Source of the DNA: Octopus vulgaris
Lineage: Eukaryota
NCBI GenBank assembly: GCA_951406725.2
Contig: OX597814.1
Span: forward strand, 83,204,001 to 83,268,000
Direction: 5' to 3'
Length of the DNA stretch: 64,000 nt
A program made the translations under genes and the position numbers. Under the pieces are notes generated by a model, which did no database searches, had not been told where the DNA came from, and saw only the letters and a list, made by a program, of their open reading frames with translations. Position 1 is the stretch's first letter; every line of letters begins with the position of its first letter. Shown here piece by piece: positions 12,490-25,988 of the stretch.

Positions 12490-12993
12490 CCATAGCCTAT
12501 ACCAGTGTCATATAACTAGCGCATTTAAAAAGTACCTTCGAATTGTCATGCGACATTCCGTGCTTGAGGAGACCTATTGAGTCAAGTAAATCAAAATCAA
12601 ATCAAATCAAATGGAAATTGTTGCATGCAATAAGCACCATTCATGTATGAGTCATTGCCAGATCCACCTGAGTGGCTCCCCATACTGGTGGCACGTAAAA
12701 AACATCATCTAAATGCAGTCGACGCCAGCCACCCTGCCCCCATTAGCTCCTATGCCGGTGGCATGTAAAAGGCACCATCTGAACATGGCCAATGCTAGTG
12801 CTGCCTGACTGGCTTCCATGGCGGTGGCACATGAAAAGCACCCACTACACTCTCAGAGTGGTTGGTGTCAGGAAGAGCATCCAGCTGTAGAAACATTGCC
12901 AGATCAGATTGGGGCCTGGTGCAACCTCCTGGCTCGCCAGTCCCCGGTCAAACTGTTCAACCCATGCCAGTATGGAAAATGGACGTTAAATGA

Positions 12994-12996
<3 letters not shown>
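12490..12996 (+). mobile_element. RTE LINE 3' UTR fragment
   Basis: Repeated GGTGGCAYRTAAAA units, GGTTGGTGTCAGGAAGAGCATCCAGCTGTAGAAAC, and ...GGACGTTAAATGATGAT tail. Confidence 0.75.
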
Positions 12997-13037
<41 letters not shown>

Positions 13038-13259
13038 ATATATATAATAATATTAGGGAATAAATCCAAACTTACAGGGAAAAATTAGATTTAGTATTAA
13101 ATCCAATTTTATAGTATAAATATATTATATTATATTAAATTAGAGATAAAACCACTATTAGGCAAATCAAACAGTGAAAAATATAAGCCAATACATAAAA
13201 TTAATTTAAAAGTATAAAAGTTAAAAATTAAAAAAATATTTAAATAATTTAAACTTATA

Positions 13260-13301
<42 letters not shown>

Positions 13302-13432
13302 ATTTTTATATTTATATATTATTTTATTTATTAATTAATTTATTTATTTATTTTTTTTTTATATAAATATCAAAAGTATTAAAAGTTTAATAAAAGATAA
13401 AGAGTAAAACACTTTTTTTTATATATATACAT

Positions 13433-13474
<42 letters not shown>

Positions 13475-13759
13475 AAAGTAAGATATGGGTTATGAAGGTA
13501 GCCCACTATGGGATATCAGTTATCCAATATACTGCTGGTAAAGTACCCAAATACTAAATACATAAATGCTTATAATTGCAATGCAATTAATTCATTTATT
13601 GTATTGAATGGGTGAAGGTAAAAAATATTTTACCGTAAATTCATAATACAAATAAGAAAATGGTGGAACAAATTCATTTCGATCATCAACTTATGGATAT
13701 TACAATTTCATATTATTTATTAATTATACAAATAGGAACATGAAAATCTTTCATGTTAT

Positions 13760-14110
13760 TGCTTCCCAATCAAATGGTTTCTGGCTTAGTCCCACAAACA
13801 TCTACTTAAATCCTGGACAAAACAAAGCATTGTGATCGGACTTGGTAGATGGAAACTGAAAGAAGACTGTTGAATATGTAGATATATATCTGTGTATATT
13901 CATGTCTGTGTATTTGTGTTTGTTCCCCTTCACTGCTTGACAACTAGTGTCGGTTAGTTAAAATTCCTGTAACTTAACTGTACAGCAAAAGAGATCGATA
14001 GAATTAGTACCAGGCTCGAAAATAAGTACTAGAGTAAATTTGTTTGACTAAACCCTTCAATGCAGTGTCCTACTATGACAGCAATCCAATACCTGAAACA
14101 AATAAAAGAT
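13760..14110 (+). mobile_element. SINE family A copy (diverged)
   Basis: Colinear with 1745-2097. Confidence 0.7.
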
Positions 14111-14124
14111 AATATATATAGGTA

Positions 14125-14330
14125 TGCATACCAGCCTCTCCTTCCTATGCCACTGATGTTATCTAAGGTAAAAGCAAAGGCTAAAACAGTTTGGCACCAG
14201 TGATATTGCAACATATTTCCACAGATGAGTGAACTGGAGCAACATGAAATAAAGTGTCTTGCTCAAGAACACAATACACAGCCTGTCTAGGAATCAAACC
14301 TAACACCTCATGATTGTGAACCTGACACTA
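14125..14330 (-). mobile_element. SINE family C fragment
   Basis: AACTGGAGCAACATGAAATAAAGTGTCTTGCTCAAGAACACAA shared with 16330-16647. Confidence 0.65.
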
Positions 14331-14936
14331 ACATCCAGTCAGTATCATGGTGTTTGGAGTGATCACTAGTGATGGCAACATTATGCCTCCATTCATCTTT
14401 CCACATGGTCTCAGACTCAACACAGAGGCCTACATCAAGTGCCTGGAGAAGGTAGTGCTGCCCTGGATCAAGAGGGTGGCTGCTGGAAGACCCTATGTCT
14501 GGCAACAGGATTCTGCACCATGCCACACAAGCAGAAGAACCCAGTCATGGCTGTCAGACAATTTCTACAATCACATCACCCTTAATATCTGGCCACCTAA
14601 CTCCCCAGACTGCAACCCCCTTGATTATTATGTGTGGGGCACAGTTGAGCTAGAGACCAACAAAACTCTGTGTAACACCAAAGATGAACTGAAGGCAAGG
14701 ATTATGGCAGCATTCACCAACTTAAACAAGGAGATCATCCAGAAGAGTTGCAGGAGATTGTGAAGTTGTCTGGAGGCTGTGGTTGAAGTCAATAGCAATT
14801 TTATTGAATAAATTTACTCTTTAGTATTTCAAGATATTTTTATGTAATTTTGATAAATATATCCTATGCTAAATGAGATGTCAGTATCATTTTAATTTTT
14901 GCATAATTTAGATGACAATATATTCACTGCACCCTG
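14330..14936 (+). mobile_element. DD37D (maT) Tc1/mariner-superfamily transposon, 3' half
   Basis: ORF 14347-14763: WQQDSAPCH...WPPNSPDCNPLDY with 37 residues between the second and third Asp; ends in ITR-like TATTCACTGCACCCTG followed by TA. Confidence 0.88.
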
Positions 14937-15861
14937 TATATATATATATATATATAATATACTCTGTAAAGTGGTTGGTGTTTGAAAAAGCATCTGACCA
15001 TAGAAACCATGACAAAACAGAACATGCAATCAAAATATGGTCCTCTAACCAATTTAAGGTGTCAGTAATTCCAAGTGACATTCAGCTCAGATTGGAACAG
15101 CTCATCTAGCCCATGCCAGCATGGAAAGCAGATGATGATATTTATAGATTTGAATTTACAATTGTGATGGGGAAATATATTCAATACTAAACAAAGTGAA
15201 ATTATTTATTATTGTGCTGAGATTACTCTCTATTGCTAGTCTGACTTCTGTACTTCTTTGCTGATCATGCAACTAAAGGCTTTATTATAAAGCTCAGTAT
15301 ATATGACAAATATTCTGGTTATGGGCATTACATATGATAGGACAAAGTAGGCAGTTTTTATGAAAGAAATTGTAAGAAAAATTTGGAAAAGTTATAATAA
15401 TGAAAAATTATATTAATGTAAGAATGTGTATCTCCAGCAACAACAACAAATAAGAGAAAAGGAAAGATGTAAAAAAAGAACTGGTATTAGTAGGAAAATA
15501 CAAAACTAAACTAAAATGGCAGAATCATTAAGCTATAAAACATGTAAGCATGCATCTATACATAAGTATGTGTTGCGTATGTGTGTATATATGTCTGCAT
15601 GTTGTGTATGTGTAAGCACATGCATTTGTGCATAGTTGCTGCGTCATTCAAACATTTTATTTATTTTTTCTTTTTATTCTTCATATACTTTTTTTCATTT
15701 TTTTTTTGTTGTTGCCAGGGATGCATATTTTTACATGAATAAAATTTTTCTTAATATCTCTATATAATAATAGCCAATATATATAATGCTGGTTGGTTGA
15801 ATGATTTATCTGGTCACACTTTACATGATATGGAGAGTGGGAAAGAAAGAATAAAGAATAG

Positions 15862-15898
<37 letters not shown>

Positions 15899-16256
15899 CA
15901 AGATATAGGGTGCATGAATGCTTGGTGAGAGACAATGAGTAAAAGAATGATACATACACACTATGAGGGAGAAAAATCACAGGCATGGGGGAAGTAGAGA
16001 CGTAAATAACAGTACTTATGGTGGATAAATACATATATGTGTAAAATGAAAGATGAGTTTGTATGTGTATGAGAGAGACCAACAATTTTTAAAAAATCTA
16101 TATATGCATATAGTGTGTATAAGAACTTGTACACATAACTGGGAAAATATATTTTCATTTTATAGTTTATATTCAAAAAATTCAAAAAATTAAAATATAA
16201 TTGCTATGTGGATTTTGTATTTCTTCTTATGGAAGTTCATTCATTCACACTCACTA

Positions 16257-16287
<31 letters not shown>

Positions 16288-16329
16288 CCTTCAATATATA
16301 TATATATAGAGAGAGAGGGAGAGAAGACC

Positions 16330-16647
16330 CCCCCTTTGGTCATGAATGACCATGGGATTGCATCTGGAAAGTTACCCTCTGAGGTACAAGTCCGAGCAAG
16401 GTTGTTTGTGGAAGGCCAGCAGTTACCCATACATATTAGTTACCCCTCTCCACACAAAGGGAAAGGCAAAAGCCAATACAGCTTGGTATCACTGATATCG
16501 CAACTCATTTCTACAGCTGAGTCAACTGGAGCAACATGAAATACAGTGTGTTGCTCAAGAACACAACACGCAGCCCAGTCCAGGAATCAATCTCGAAACC
16601 TCACGATCGTAAGCTCGACGCTCTAACCACTGAGCCATGTGCCTTCA
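16330..16647 (-). mobile_element. tRNA-derived SINE, family C
   Basis: Minus-strand head GAAGGCACATGGCTCAGTGGTTAGAGCGTCGAGCTTACGATCGTGAGG...GATTCC (A and B boxes); 3' part matches ~28980-29080 in the opposite orientation. Confidence 0.75.
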
Positions 16648-16799
16648 CATATATATATATATGTATGTGTGTATATATATATATATATATGAGTGTGTAT
16701 ATTTATATATATATTTATATATGTGTGTATACATATACATGTATGTATATATATATGCATGTGTATGTATGTATATACATATATATATGTATGTATGTG

Positions 16800-16855
<56 letters not shown>

Positions 16856-17085
16856 TGTATATATATGTATGTATATATATATGTATATATATGTATGTAT
16901 ATATATATGTGTATATATGTATGTATATATATATGTGTATATATGTATGTATATATATATGTGTATATATGTATGTATATATATATGTGTATATATGTAT
17001 GTATATATATATGTGTATATATATATATATATATATGTGTATATATGTATATATATATGTGTATATATGTATATATATATGTGTA

Positions 17086-17117
<32 letters not shown>
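16648..17117. repeat. Long compound (TA)/(TATG)/(TG) microsatellite
   Basis: Direct reading; source of the spurious Y/I/M/C/V ORFs. Confidence 0.95.
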
Positions 17118-17118
<1 letters not shown>

Positions 17119-17338
17119 CATCATCATCGTTTAACGTCTGCTTTCCATGCTAGCATGGATTGGACGGTTCAACTGGGGTCTGGGAAGCCAGAAGGCTGCA
17201 CCAGGCCCAGTCTGATCTGGCAGTGTCTCTGCAGCTGGATGCCTTTCCTAATGCCAACCACTCCGTGAGTGTAGTGGCTGCTTTTTACATGCCACCGGCA
17301 TGGAGGCCAGACAAGGCTGGCAACAGCCACAATCGGAT
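17118..17338 (-). mobile_element. RTE LINE 3' end copy
   Basis: Near-identical to 11067-11290; (CAT)n tail embedded in (TA)n. Confidence 0.8.
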
Positions 17339-17398
17339 ATATGTATTATATATATGTGTATGTGTATATGTATGTGTATGTGTATATATATATGTATG

Positions 17399-17433
<35 letters not shown>

Positions 17434-17694
17434 ATATCTATATGTATGTATGTATGTATATATCTATATGTATGTATGTATGTATGTATGTATATATGTA
17501 TGTATGTATATATCTATATGTATGTATGTATGTATATATCTATATGTATGTATGTATATATGTATGTATGTATATATCTATATGTATGTATGTATGTATG
17601 TATATATGTATGTATATATATATGTATATATATATATATTTATATGTGTGTGTGTGTTTATATATGTATATATATATATATGTATATATGTATG

Positions 17695-17750
<56 letters not shown>
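17339..17750. repeat. Compound (TA)/(TATG)/(CA) microsatellite
   Basis: Direct reading. Confidence 0.95.
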
Positions 17751-17756
17751 TAGATA

Positions 17757-19030
17757 CGAGGGGCGTTCAATAAGTAATGCCCCTGACCCACTTCCCATAG
17801 CAGTAAAGCAACGAAACTTGGAACAGTTATTAGTCTTTTTCTACATAGAGTTACGCATTTCTCCCATCGTTTGATGCAGCTCTGAAGACCGTTTTTGTAG
17901 AAGACCCAGCTTGGTCCTCCAACCACGACGTGACTTCAGAAATCAAGGCTGCATCATCTGGGAAACGCTTTCCTTTCAAAAACAACTTCATGGCTGGGAA
18001 GAGGTGAAAATCAGAGGGTCAAGGTCAGGAGAGTAGGGGTGATGGGGGATGAGTTCATAGCCGCACGCCTGTGCTTCAGATCTGGCGACACGCGAGTTGT
18101 GGATCGGAGTGTTGTCCTGCAGGAGGAGGATGCCTTTGCTGATCTTGCCCCGCCTCTTGATTTTGATAGCTTCTTTTAATTTCCTCAAAAGTGAAGCATC
18201 ATAGACTCCTGTAATTGTGGCACCCTTTGCCAGGAAATCTGTCTTCACTACTCCGTCCTGGTCCCAGAAGACTGTAAGCATGACCTTGCCAGCAGAGGGC
18301 TGCACCCTTGCCTTCTTTGGAGGAGGTGAGTCACGGTGCTTCCACTGCATTGACTGGGCTTTGGTCTCTGGATCATAGTGATGGATCCAGGTTTTACCCT
18401 ATGCAATCAGTCTTTTGAAAAATTTTGACTCATCTTCTTGGCACATCTCCAAATTCATCCTCGAGCAATCAACGCGTTCTTGCTTCTGGAAAGGTGTGAG
18501 CAACCTGGGAATCCATCTGGCAGACACCTTTTGCATATGCAAATGGTCATGAATGATAGTTTCCACAGACCTAGTACTAATCTTGACCTCATGGGCTATT
18601 TGGCGAATAGTTATGCGTCGATCTTCCAAAATGGCAGCCTCAACTTGACAGGCAGATGCCTCATCAATGGCAGAAGGGGACGACCAGATCTGGGAGCTGT
18701 TTCCACAGAGTTCCGACCATGTTTGAATTCATGATGCCAGCATTTTACAAGGTCATATGATGGGGCATCATCACCATAAGTTACTTTCGTTTCATCAAAA
18801 GTCTCCCGTGGTGTGCGTCCTTTCAAATACAAAAACCGGATCACTGCTCGACACTCAACTTGCTCCATTTCCCACTTGACTCATTTCAAACACCTGTAAA
18901 TCAGAAACCACAATTAGAGCTGTAATTTGCCACTTAATCTATAGAGATATAAATAATTGCACATACAAAATTTCAGCTAGATCAAACAACTGCAAGTGGG
19001 TCAGAGGCATTACTTATTGAACGCCCCTCG
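17757..19030 (-). mobile_element. Full-length mariner element (1274 bp) with inactivated transposase
   Basis: ITRs CGAGGGGCGTTCAATAAGTAATGCCCCTGACCCACTT / AAGTGGGTCAGAGGCATTACTTATTGAACGCCCCTCG, TA on both sides; transposase from ATG at 18868 in pieces (MEQVECRAVIRFL..., ARWIPRLLT, QDNTPIH...HHPYSPDL) with frameshifts and a stop at 18399-18401 where the first catalytic DETW motif reads *GKTW. Confidence 0.95.
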
Positions 19031-20409
19031 TATATGAAGAAAGAGTGAGGCATAATTCCAGTTTGGTATTATACCACCTATTCTGATTCTTATATCTTTT
19101 TGAAAAGTACTATTTTTCTGTGGAACGGTTTGCAGTGATATTGATAAAATTTAAAAAAAGGATTGGTGGGGAAGATTTTGGACCATTCTCTCCCCAATTC
19201 CACACTTTTTTTTACAACTGACTCCTGAAATTTTAACCATTTTTTTTTACTTTTCTTTCAGATATATATGTTTGAAAATATCAGCATAATAAAAATATGC
19301 ACTTTTTAAGAATTTTTAAGAAAGTATATTGGGAAATGGGGGAATGATGTGAAACTTGTCCAAAAACAAAATAAATAAATAAAAGATTAATGTTATCAAC
19401 ATATTCTAAGGTATCTCTGCAAAATTTCATTTAAAAGATATGTATTTTTTTATAGGGAACATATTCAGATCACCAAACTGGAGATATGCTATATATGTGT
19501 GTGTGTCTAGTAAACAAAGGTATAAAGATAACAGTATTACATTCTTTATTCAATAATAGTCATTTCAATAACTATTAGAATTCTTACATCAATCAGTGAT
19601 GGGATATACATACAAATTATGAGTATTATCTTTGTAACTTAGTCTGAAGAAATGATTAGTAGAACTTTTATTCAATATTGTATAGAATAATATAAGTTGT
19701 ATGTGTAACTCATCATGCTGATTGATGTCAAAATTCTACAGATTATTGAAATAATTGCCAACATTTTCATTCCTTTTTATTCTGTATATTACTGTACCAA
19801 TCTCATAATCAGTATTCTTCCCAGAATTTCTATTTTGTATGGAATGTTATTTGGATTAATAGACTTTTTTTTCTTGTTTTCATACCTATTCATTCTGTAA
19901 TCCAAGATCTTGTATGGAGTGCCGACTAGGTATTTGCCTAGATTTCCTAAATCCTTATTTCTTAAATCACCACCATCACTACCACACACACACACACACA
20001 CATGCAGTAATAAACTTGGATTTTTGCAGACATTCAAGACTCTATTGAGTTAGTGAAAATTACACAGTATATTTTACAAATTATAAAGCACCACACTTTA
20101 GAATGTTTGTAGACATTCCAGGATTCTAGAATGTTTCTATGTGATCCCTGCATCACACCCAATGACAAAAGTAAGAGTGGGAGTGTCACATGACTTTATG
20201 AGTAGCCAGTGTATTGTTACAGCATGTAAAATTTTTCAGTAGTCGACTGCTAAACAAGAAAAGTTGCAAAGCATAACATTAAGCAGTTTATCCATTTTTC
20301 AAAATTTATTTTTCCTTCTGTCTGAAAAGGAATTACTATTTTTTTAATGATTAAAATATCTTAACGGCTATATACTATCTCTAAACCAGCACATCATATT
20401 TACAATGCT

Positions 20410-20650
20410 TGGTGCCACATAAAAAGCACTGGTGCTGATGCCATGTAAAAAAGACCAGTGCTGGTGTCACATAAAAAGCACTGGTGATGGTGACACATAA
20501 AAAGTACCCAATACGCTCTATAAAGTGGTTGGCATTAGGAAGGGTATCCAGCTGTAGAAACCAGGCTGAAACAGATTATGGAACCTGGTGCAGCCCGTGG
20601 TCCTTGCCAGCTCATGTCAAGCTGTCCAGCCCCTGCCAGTATGGAAAATG
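20410..20650 (+). mobile_element. RTE LINE 3' UTR fragment with ~25-bp tandem units
   Basis: GGTGCCACATAAAAAGCACTGGTGCT-like unit four times, then GTGGTTGGCATTAGGAAGGGTATCCAGCTGTAGAAAC. Confidence 0.7.
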
Positions 20651-21439
20651 GGATACTTCATGGAATACATCTGAGCCGTATTGTTTGTGCAAGACAAATA
20701 TTACCAGTACCCATATGTGTCAGTGAGAGGACCTATGAGGGTAAACACTCACTCAAATATCAGATCTTTTCATACGGATTCCATGTACCAAAGTTTACTC
20801 ATAAAATATTAGTTAATCTGAGGCTATATTAAACAACACTTGTCCAAGGTACCCTGCAGTGGAATTGAACTCAAAAACATGTAGTTATAATGCAAACTTC
20901 TGATGTGCACAACCATACCTCTGTTTATTCATAAATAAATTGTGTGCATGCTCTATTACTGTTATTTCCAGATTTTTCTGTCTATATGTGTGTTGATTAG
21001 AGCTGTTTTGCATAAATTATTCTCAAACTACAATACCAAAAGCTGCATGTGGTTTTACAAAAAAAAAATTAAATTAAAATAAAATAAAGGGATTAGTGCA
21101 TTATTTGGTAAAATATTTGCATCTTTTCATAACAAAGATAGCTTTTGAGATTCTTCGGTTGAGTAAATTAACATATTGAGTTCACTCAATTTTATCACCA
21201 AAGATGGGAAATAGCATACCTTTTCTGATATTCTTTTTAACTTTGTATAATAATTCATGTGTGAGCAGTAACATCAATGATACCACTTCTTTTTGTTCAG
21301 GTAGCATTATTGGATGTGTGTGTGTGTGTGTGTTGAGGGGTGTATTTAAGGTTAGTTTATTTGAATGAAGTATGTTTGATATGCTTGGAAGAGTTTTACA
21401 ATTACTTCTTCAGTGTTTTGCTCTGGTACCCTATCATTA

Positions 21440-21850
21440 TCTTCTTACCTTTTTCCTAGATATTTCCACCTACTCTTATATAAATGTGGGGTAACCACGT
21501 ATCTTTATAGAAAGATACCTCTGCTTGTCCCTAACATAAAAATCACCTCTTCACCCTGTCAAATACCACCACCAACTCATCAAAAAGACCTTTCCTTTTC
21601 TCATTTTTTCCTTTTCTTGTTCTCCTCTCTCTTACAAGTTACTTGGCAACCCCCACTAGTTGCTGGTGGCATGAAAAAAGGCACCCAATACACACTGTAA
21701 AGTGGTTGGCATTAGGATGGGCATCTAGCCATAGAACCCATGCCAAAGCTGAAATGGTGCATAATACAGCCCTGTGGCTCACTAGATCCTGTCAAACCAT
21801 CCAACCCATGCCAGCATGGAAAATAGATGTTAAATGATGATGATGATGAT
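21440..21850 (+). mobile_element. RTE LINE 3' UTR fragment with (GAT)n tail
   Basis: Same UTR and tail motifs, ending ...CCATGCCAGCATGGAAAATAGATGTTAAATGATGATGATG. Confidence 0.7.
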
Positions 21851-21974
21851 GTGGAGGAAGAGTACATTTGAAGTTTAAAATTATTTTGACAGAAGAGTGT
21901 GCGTCAGCAAAGAGGATAGTGATTCAAGAATTTAGAACTTTTTAAACCATTGGTAGTTTGCTGTTTGGACAGTT

Positions 21975-22400
21975 GTTTAAGTCCCAGTAATCTTCACATT
22001 TGAAAGTAGGAATAATATTTGCATATTTTTATTTTGCTTGGAAAACACCTGGCTCCATGAATCTGTTGAAATGTGAGTAAGGGGCTGAACTATAAAGTCT
22101 GAGCTATGCTTGATTAGAATTAACCATACTTCATTATATACCTTGGAGATTTTCAGCTGCAAACTTAAAGTAGTAGTATCTATGACATTTGCATTTATTG
22201 GCATCATAAGGATTGTCATAATCCCTTTTAAAGCATTGGTTAAAAGTTTTTGGAAATTGTGAAACTTTCTCAATGTAATTTTTCCCTATGTTTACAAAGA
22301 AAGAGTTGAAATCTGCAGCTACATTAGTTGAACAAATGTACATCTTTCCATTAATGAGGAATTAGTCAGGAAGATATTTTCAACTTTATTTGTAATGTTT
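21975..22400 (-). pseudogene. Old CR1/Jockey-group LINE ORF2 remnant
   Basis: Minus frames NVAADFNSFFVNIG and LIKHSSDFIVQPLTHI resemble the pre-RT region (FN.FF.NIG; ..PL..IFN.S) of CR1-group LINEs. Confidence 0.6.
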
Positions 22401-22828
22401 CAGAGTTGTTTATTTAGTTTATTTAGTCAATGTTTTTTTTTAGTTTCTCAGTATAGTATTTTTTGTTTGGCATATTTTCTTTATTCTGTCAGTTATATTA
22501 CTTTAACATTTGAACTTCAAAATATTAAATGATAAATTTGTTAACAGTTGAATTAAGAAGCTTAAATATATTTATAAAATATATTTATAATATAACTATT
22601 CCTTTTATCATTCATGATTGTCAGTTGAATTTATTTTCACCTATAAATTAAAGCTGCTTTAGATACAATGTCAATCAAAATATGTTAAGGAATTTATCAT
22701 ATGCGTTGTTTGCAAAATAAGTTTAAGATTACTATAATTAATAAGCTTGCTATGAAACCATGTGGACTTGAGTTCAATATTATTATGCACCACCTTATGC
22801 AAGAGTCTTTCATTGCTGTTCTGGATTA

Positions 22829-22868
<40 letters not shown>

Positions 22869-25800
22869 TTCCTTAATCTATTCTTGTCTCCTAGAAATAC
22901 AGTTGTTGCTGTTTTGTTAGTTCTAGGCCAACCCTGACTGAGCAGACCTGTGTTCAAAAGCATTCTAGTCTTGATCATCCCGTCACTTTAAAGATATGCA
23001 TACTAACTAATAAGTCTTTCCTTATTTGCAGGTGTAGGCTTGGTTATGTGGTTAAAAGTTTGTTCTTTAATGACATGGTTCAGAGTTCTGTCCCACTGCA
23101 TCATACAATAGCCTCTAGCTGGCCAATACCATCCGAGTGGATACATTTATGGATATTATTGTAATGACGTATATTGTTATAAGATATAAATGTCAGAGTA
23201 AATGGAAAAGGGATGACTCTGACTTGTCATTCCCATTGTTAGAAATTCAGTGACGCACTGATTGGCATATTGGAAATTGTTGTTAACCTTGAATACGACA
23301 GAGATAACTAGTTTTTGTACCTGACTGCCATACCTGTAACATACAAATAAAATGTTAAATAAAAAAGGTTTCACTGCAAAACTAGAAACAGAATCACTTA
23401 AAAATTGATGATATTAGAATTGGCAATCTATTGAATACCAATAGTGCATCACTGTTTCTGTCAACTGATTGAGAACTATGCTTCCTCATTTAAGACATAT
23501 CATTATTACTTTCTATTTAAAATATTTCATTTTCATTCAATTCTAAATCATCCTCTGAACATGTGTTTGAATTTCCATTCATTTTTACCAGAATCTTCTA
23601 AAATGTGAAACATTCATCATGATTATACTGTCATGTTTTCTCTCTAGAAATATCTGGCCATGGTAAGCTATATGGTAGAAAAATCATAAAAAAATATTAA
23701 AAACAACACCTAAAGCAGTTTTGTCTGTGAGCAGACATTCTTAGCTTAATTCTGTTCTGACAATCTGTCTTTATTGTGAATGATTTATTTATTTTTAGTT
23801 TGACCAAATTTTAACTTGGGGATTGCTGATTTCCACTATTGGGAATTAAGGTATGTTTTATGTATGAAATTCTGACCTGAGCAGGATAATACCTATTGCT
23901 ATGAACAGATAGTGATATTAACCTGATATTTGATCAATAAATAGTAATAGATCTTGCCTTATTCTATATTTTTACTACTTTGTTACATAAAAGACCTTCA
24001 TAAGTAGCTTGAACAGAGTCACAGTATTGTTTAAATTTAGAATGGTTGTAATTGCAGATTGTTGTTTTTCACTTACCTTATTAAGTCTTGTGCTAATTTA
24101 CTTTAACTGATTTCCCAAAATACAGAGCATATGCTTGATAAACAGCAGTTTTTTTAAGAGTAAGGTAGATTAAGCTTAGATGGGAGGATTGTTTTTCTCA
24201 TTTATATAGTGGTGTAATAGTAAAGTGAGTTTCTGAAATCTTTATCTCGTAAGAATTATGCTAACCAATAACTAAGATTTTGTATTATGTCATCTTGAAT
24301 TAGGTGCTTGTAATTTTTATCTATAACACAGATACACATACATACATATATATTTATATATATATATATATATTTGATCATACATTAATGAATACATAAA
24401 TACATATGTACACACACACACATACACACGCACACTGAAATCAGAGATGTAACTTTAATTTATGATCTTTATTTCAAAAATATACCTCTATTTTAATCTT
24501 TTTATCCAGATGATGAACTATTTTGTTAAGTCTTTAAGATGGAAAGCATAACTTTTATGGGAAAAAAAGTTCATTCAATGAACATTAACAAGTAAATATG
24601 GTTTAAACACACACAAATGCCTCATCTAAACATTGTGTTGCAGCAGTTTGAGGATGAGATGCTTTTAATGATAAAACCAAAAGTTTTCAAACAAGAACTA
24701 TTGGCAAAAATCAATAATGTTAACAAGAACACAAAGTCTTTTTTTGTCAATTTTGATAAACAAAAAAATATGATATAAATAACATAAAAACATAGTATCA
24801 TCTTCTTGCTAATTCTGTTTCAAATATCAACTAAAAAAATTACTATGCTGCATTAAATGACAACTAAATTTTGCATTTGTTATTTCTTAGTACCTATTCA
24901 TATGAGCTATTATTTACCTTAAACAAAGACATAGTTTTGTCAGAGAAGAGCATCATGACTGAAATGCTTCATTGGAATGATGGAAAACTCATTCAAGTAA
25001 TGATTATATAACCAAACCTTCTCATTTAGAAATGACAAGAAGCAGAATATCATAACACTAGTGAAGTATGTATGACCTTTGAAAAGAAAGCTACAGGTTC
25101 AAATTGAAATTAATTGAAAAGTGCAAGCCTTACTCTATCACAGCTAGTAGGCTCTGTATAAAGGTAAAAACATTGATACTAAAAAACCTGCTCACATTTG
25201 AGCTTTGCTTGGATGTACTCATTTTCCCCTTCCTTACTCAAGAGAAAGTATATTCTGCAATAGTGGTCTAGATCACCATAAGAACATATGATTCTGTAGT
25301 CAGATGCTTGTATTTCCAACTTTCCTCTTCATTTCAACTGTTTATACTCCTGCACCTTTTCCATCACCTTGTTTTTTACTGTCATGCCTACACCTATAAA
25401 TAAGGAAAGACATATATCCTTAAAAAAGCAGGATGATCAAGACTGGAATACTTTCAATCATAAGTTTGCTCAATCAGGGTTAGTCTAGAACTAACAAACA
25501 GCAACAGCTGAACTATTAGGATCCTCCTTCCTCTTATTCATTTTCTTTTCCTTCTTTTTCTCATATGTACCTTTATTTACTATCTTTTTTTTTTCTTTCT
25601 GCTTTCAAACTGATAGCAGAACCCTTATATCAGGGAGCATAATTTGTTGAACATGTTACCTTACTTCTGACTTGTTATACCCATGTTCCTTTTCTAGTGC
25701 TAATTATTTATTAAAAAAATTTTTTTCTTGTTTTCTTACATGTCTAGCAGTTGTTAACTTGAGCATTCGTATTTGATGAGAGACATCCAATTAGACATAA

Positions 25801-25988
25801 CTGATAACCATGGCTCCCAGAACCTGTGAAAAAATGACAATAATCTTATTCTGTTAAATTCATATAACTGTAATATAAAATTATATGTAACACTATTATT
25901 TCATATATTGAGTGTGCCATTTTTATGTATGGATCTATGGACCTTACCCAATCACTACACACACACACACACACTATGTATATGTATA

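Noticed and set aside
16536-17926. Cluster of long ORFs (128-205 aa) rich in Y/I/M/C/V
   Set aside because: Translations of (TA)/(TG)/(TATG) microsatellites, which lack stop codons; the same applies to ORFs near 1019-1372, 28686-28948 and 44368-44766.
20410-20510. Short regularly spaced repeats resembling a CRISPR array
   Set aside because: No unique spacers, eukaryotic context, and the units belong to the RTE 3' UTR.
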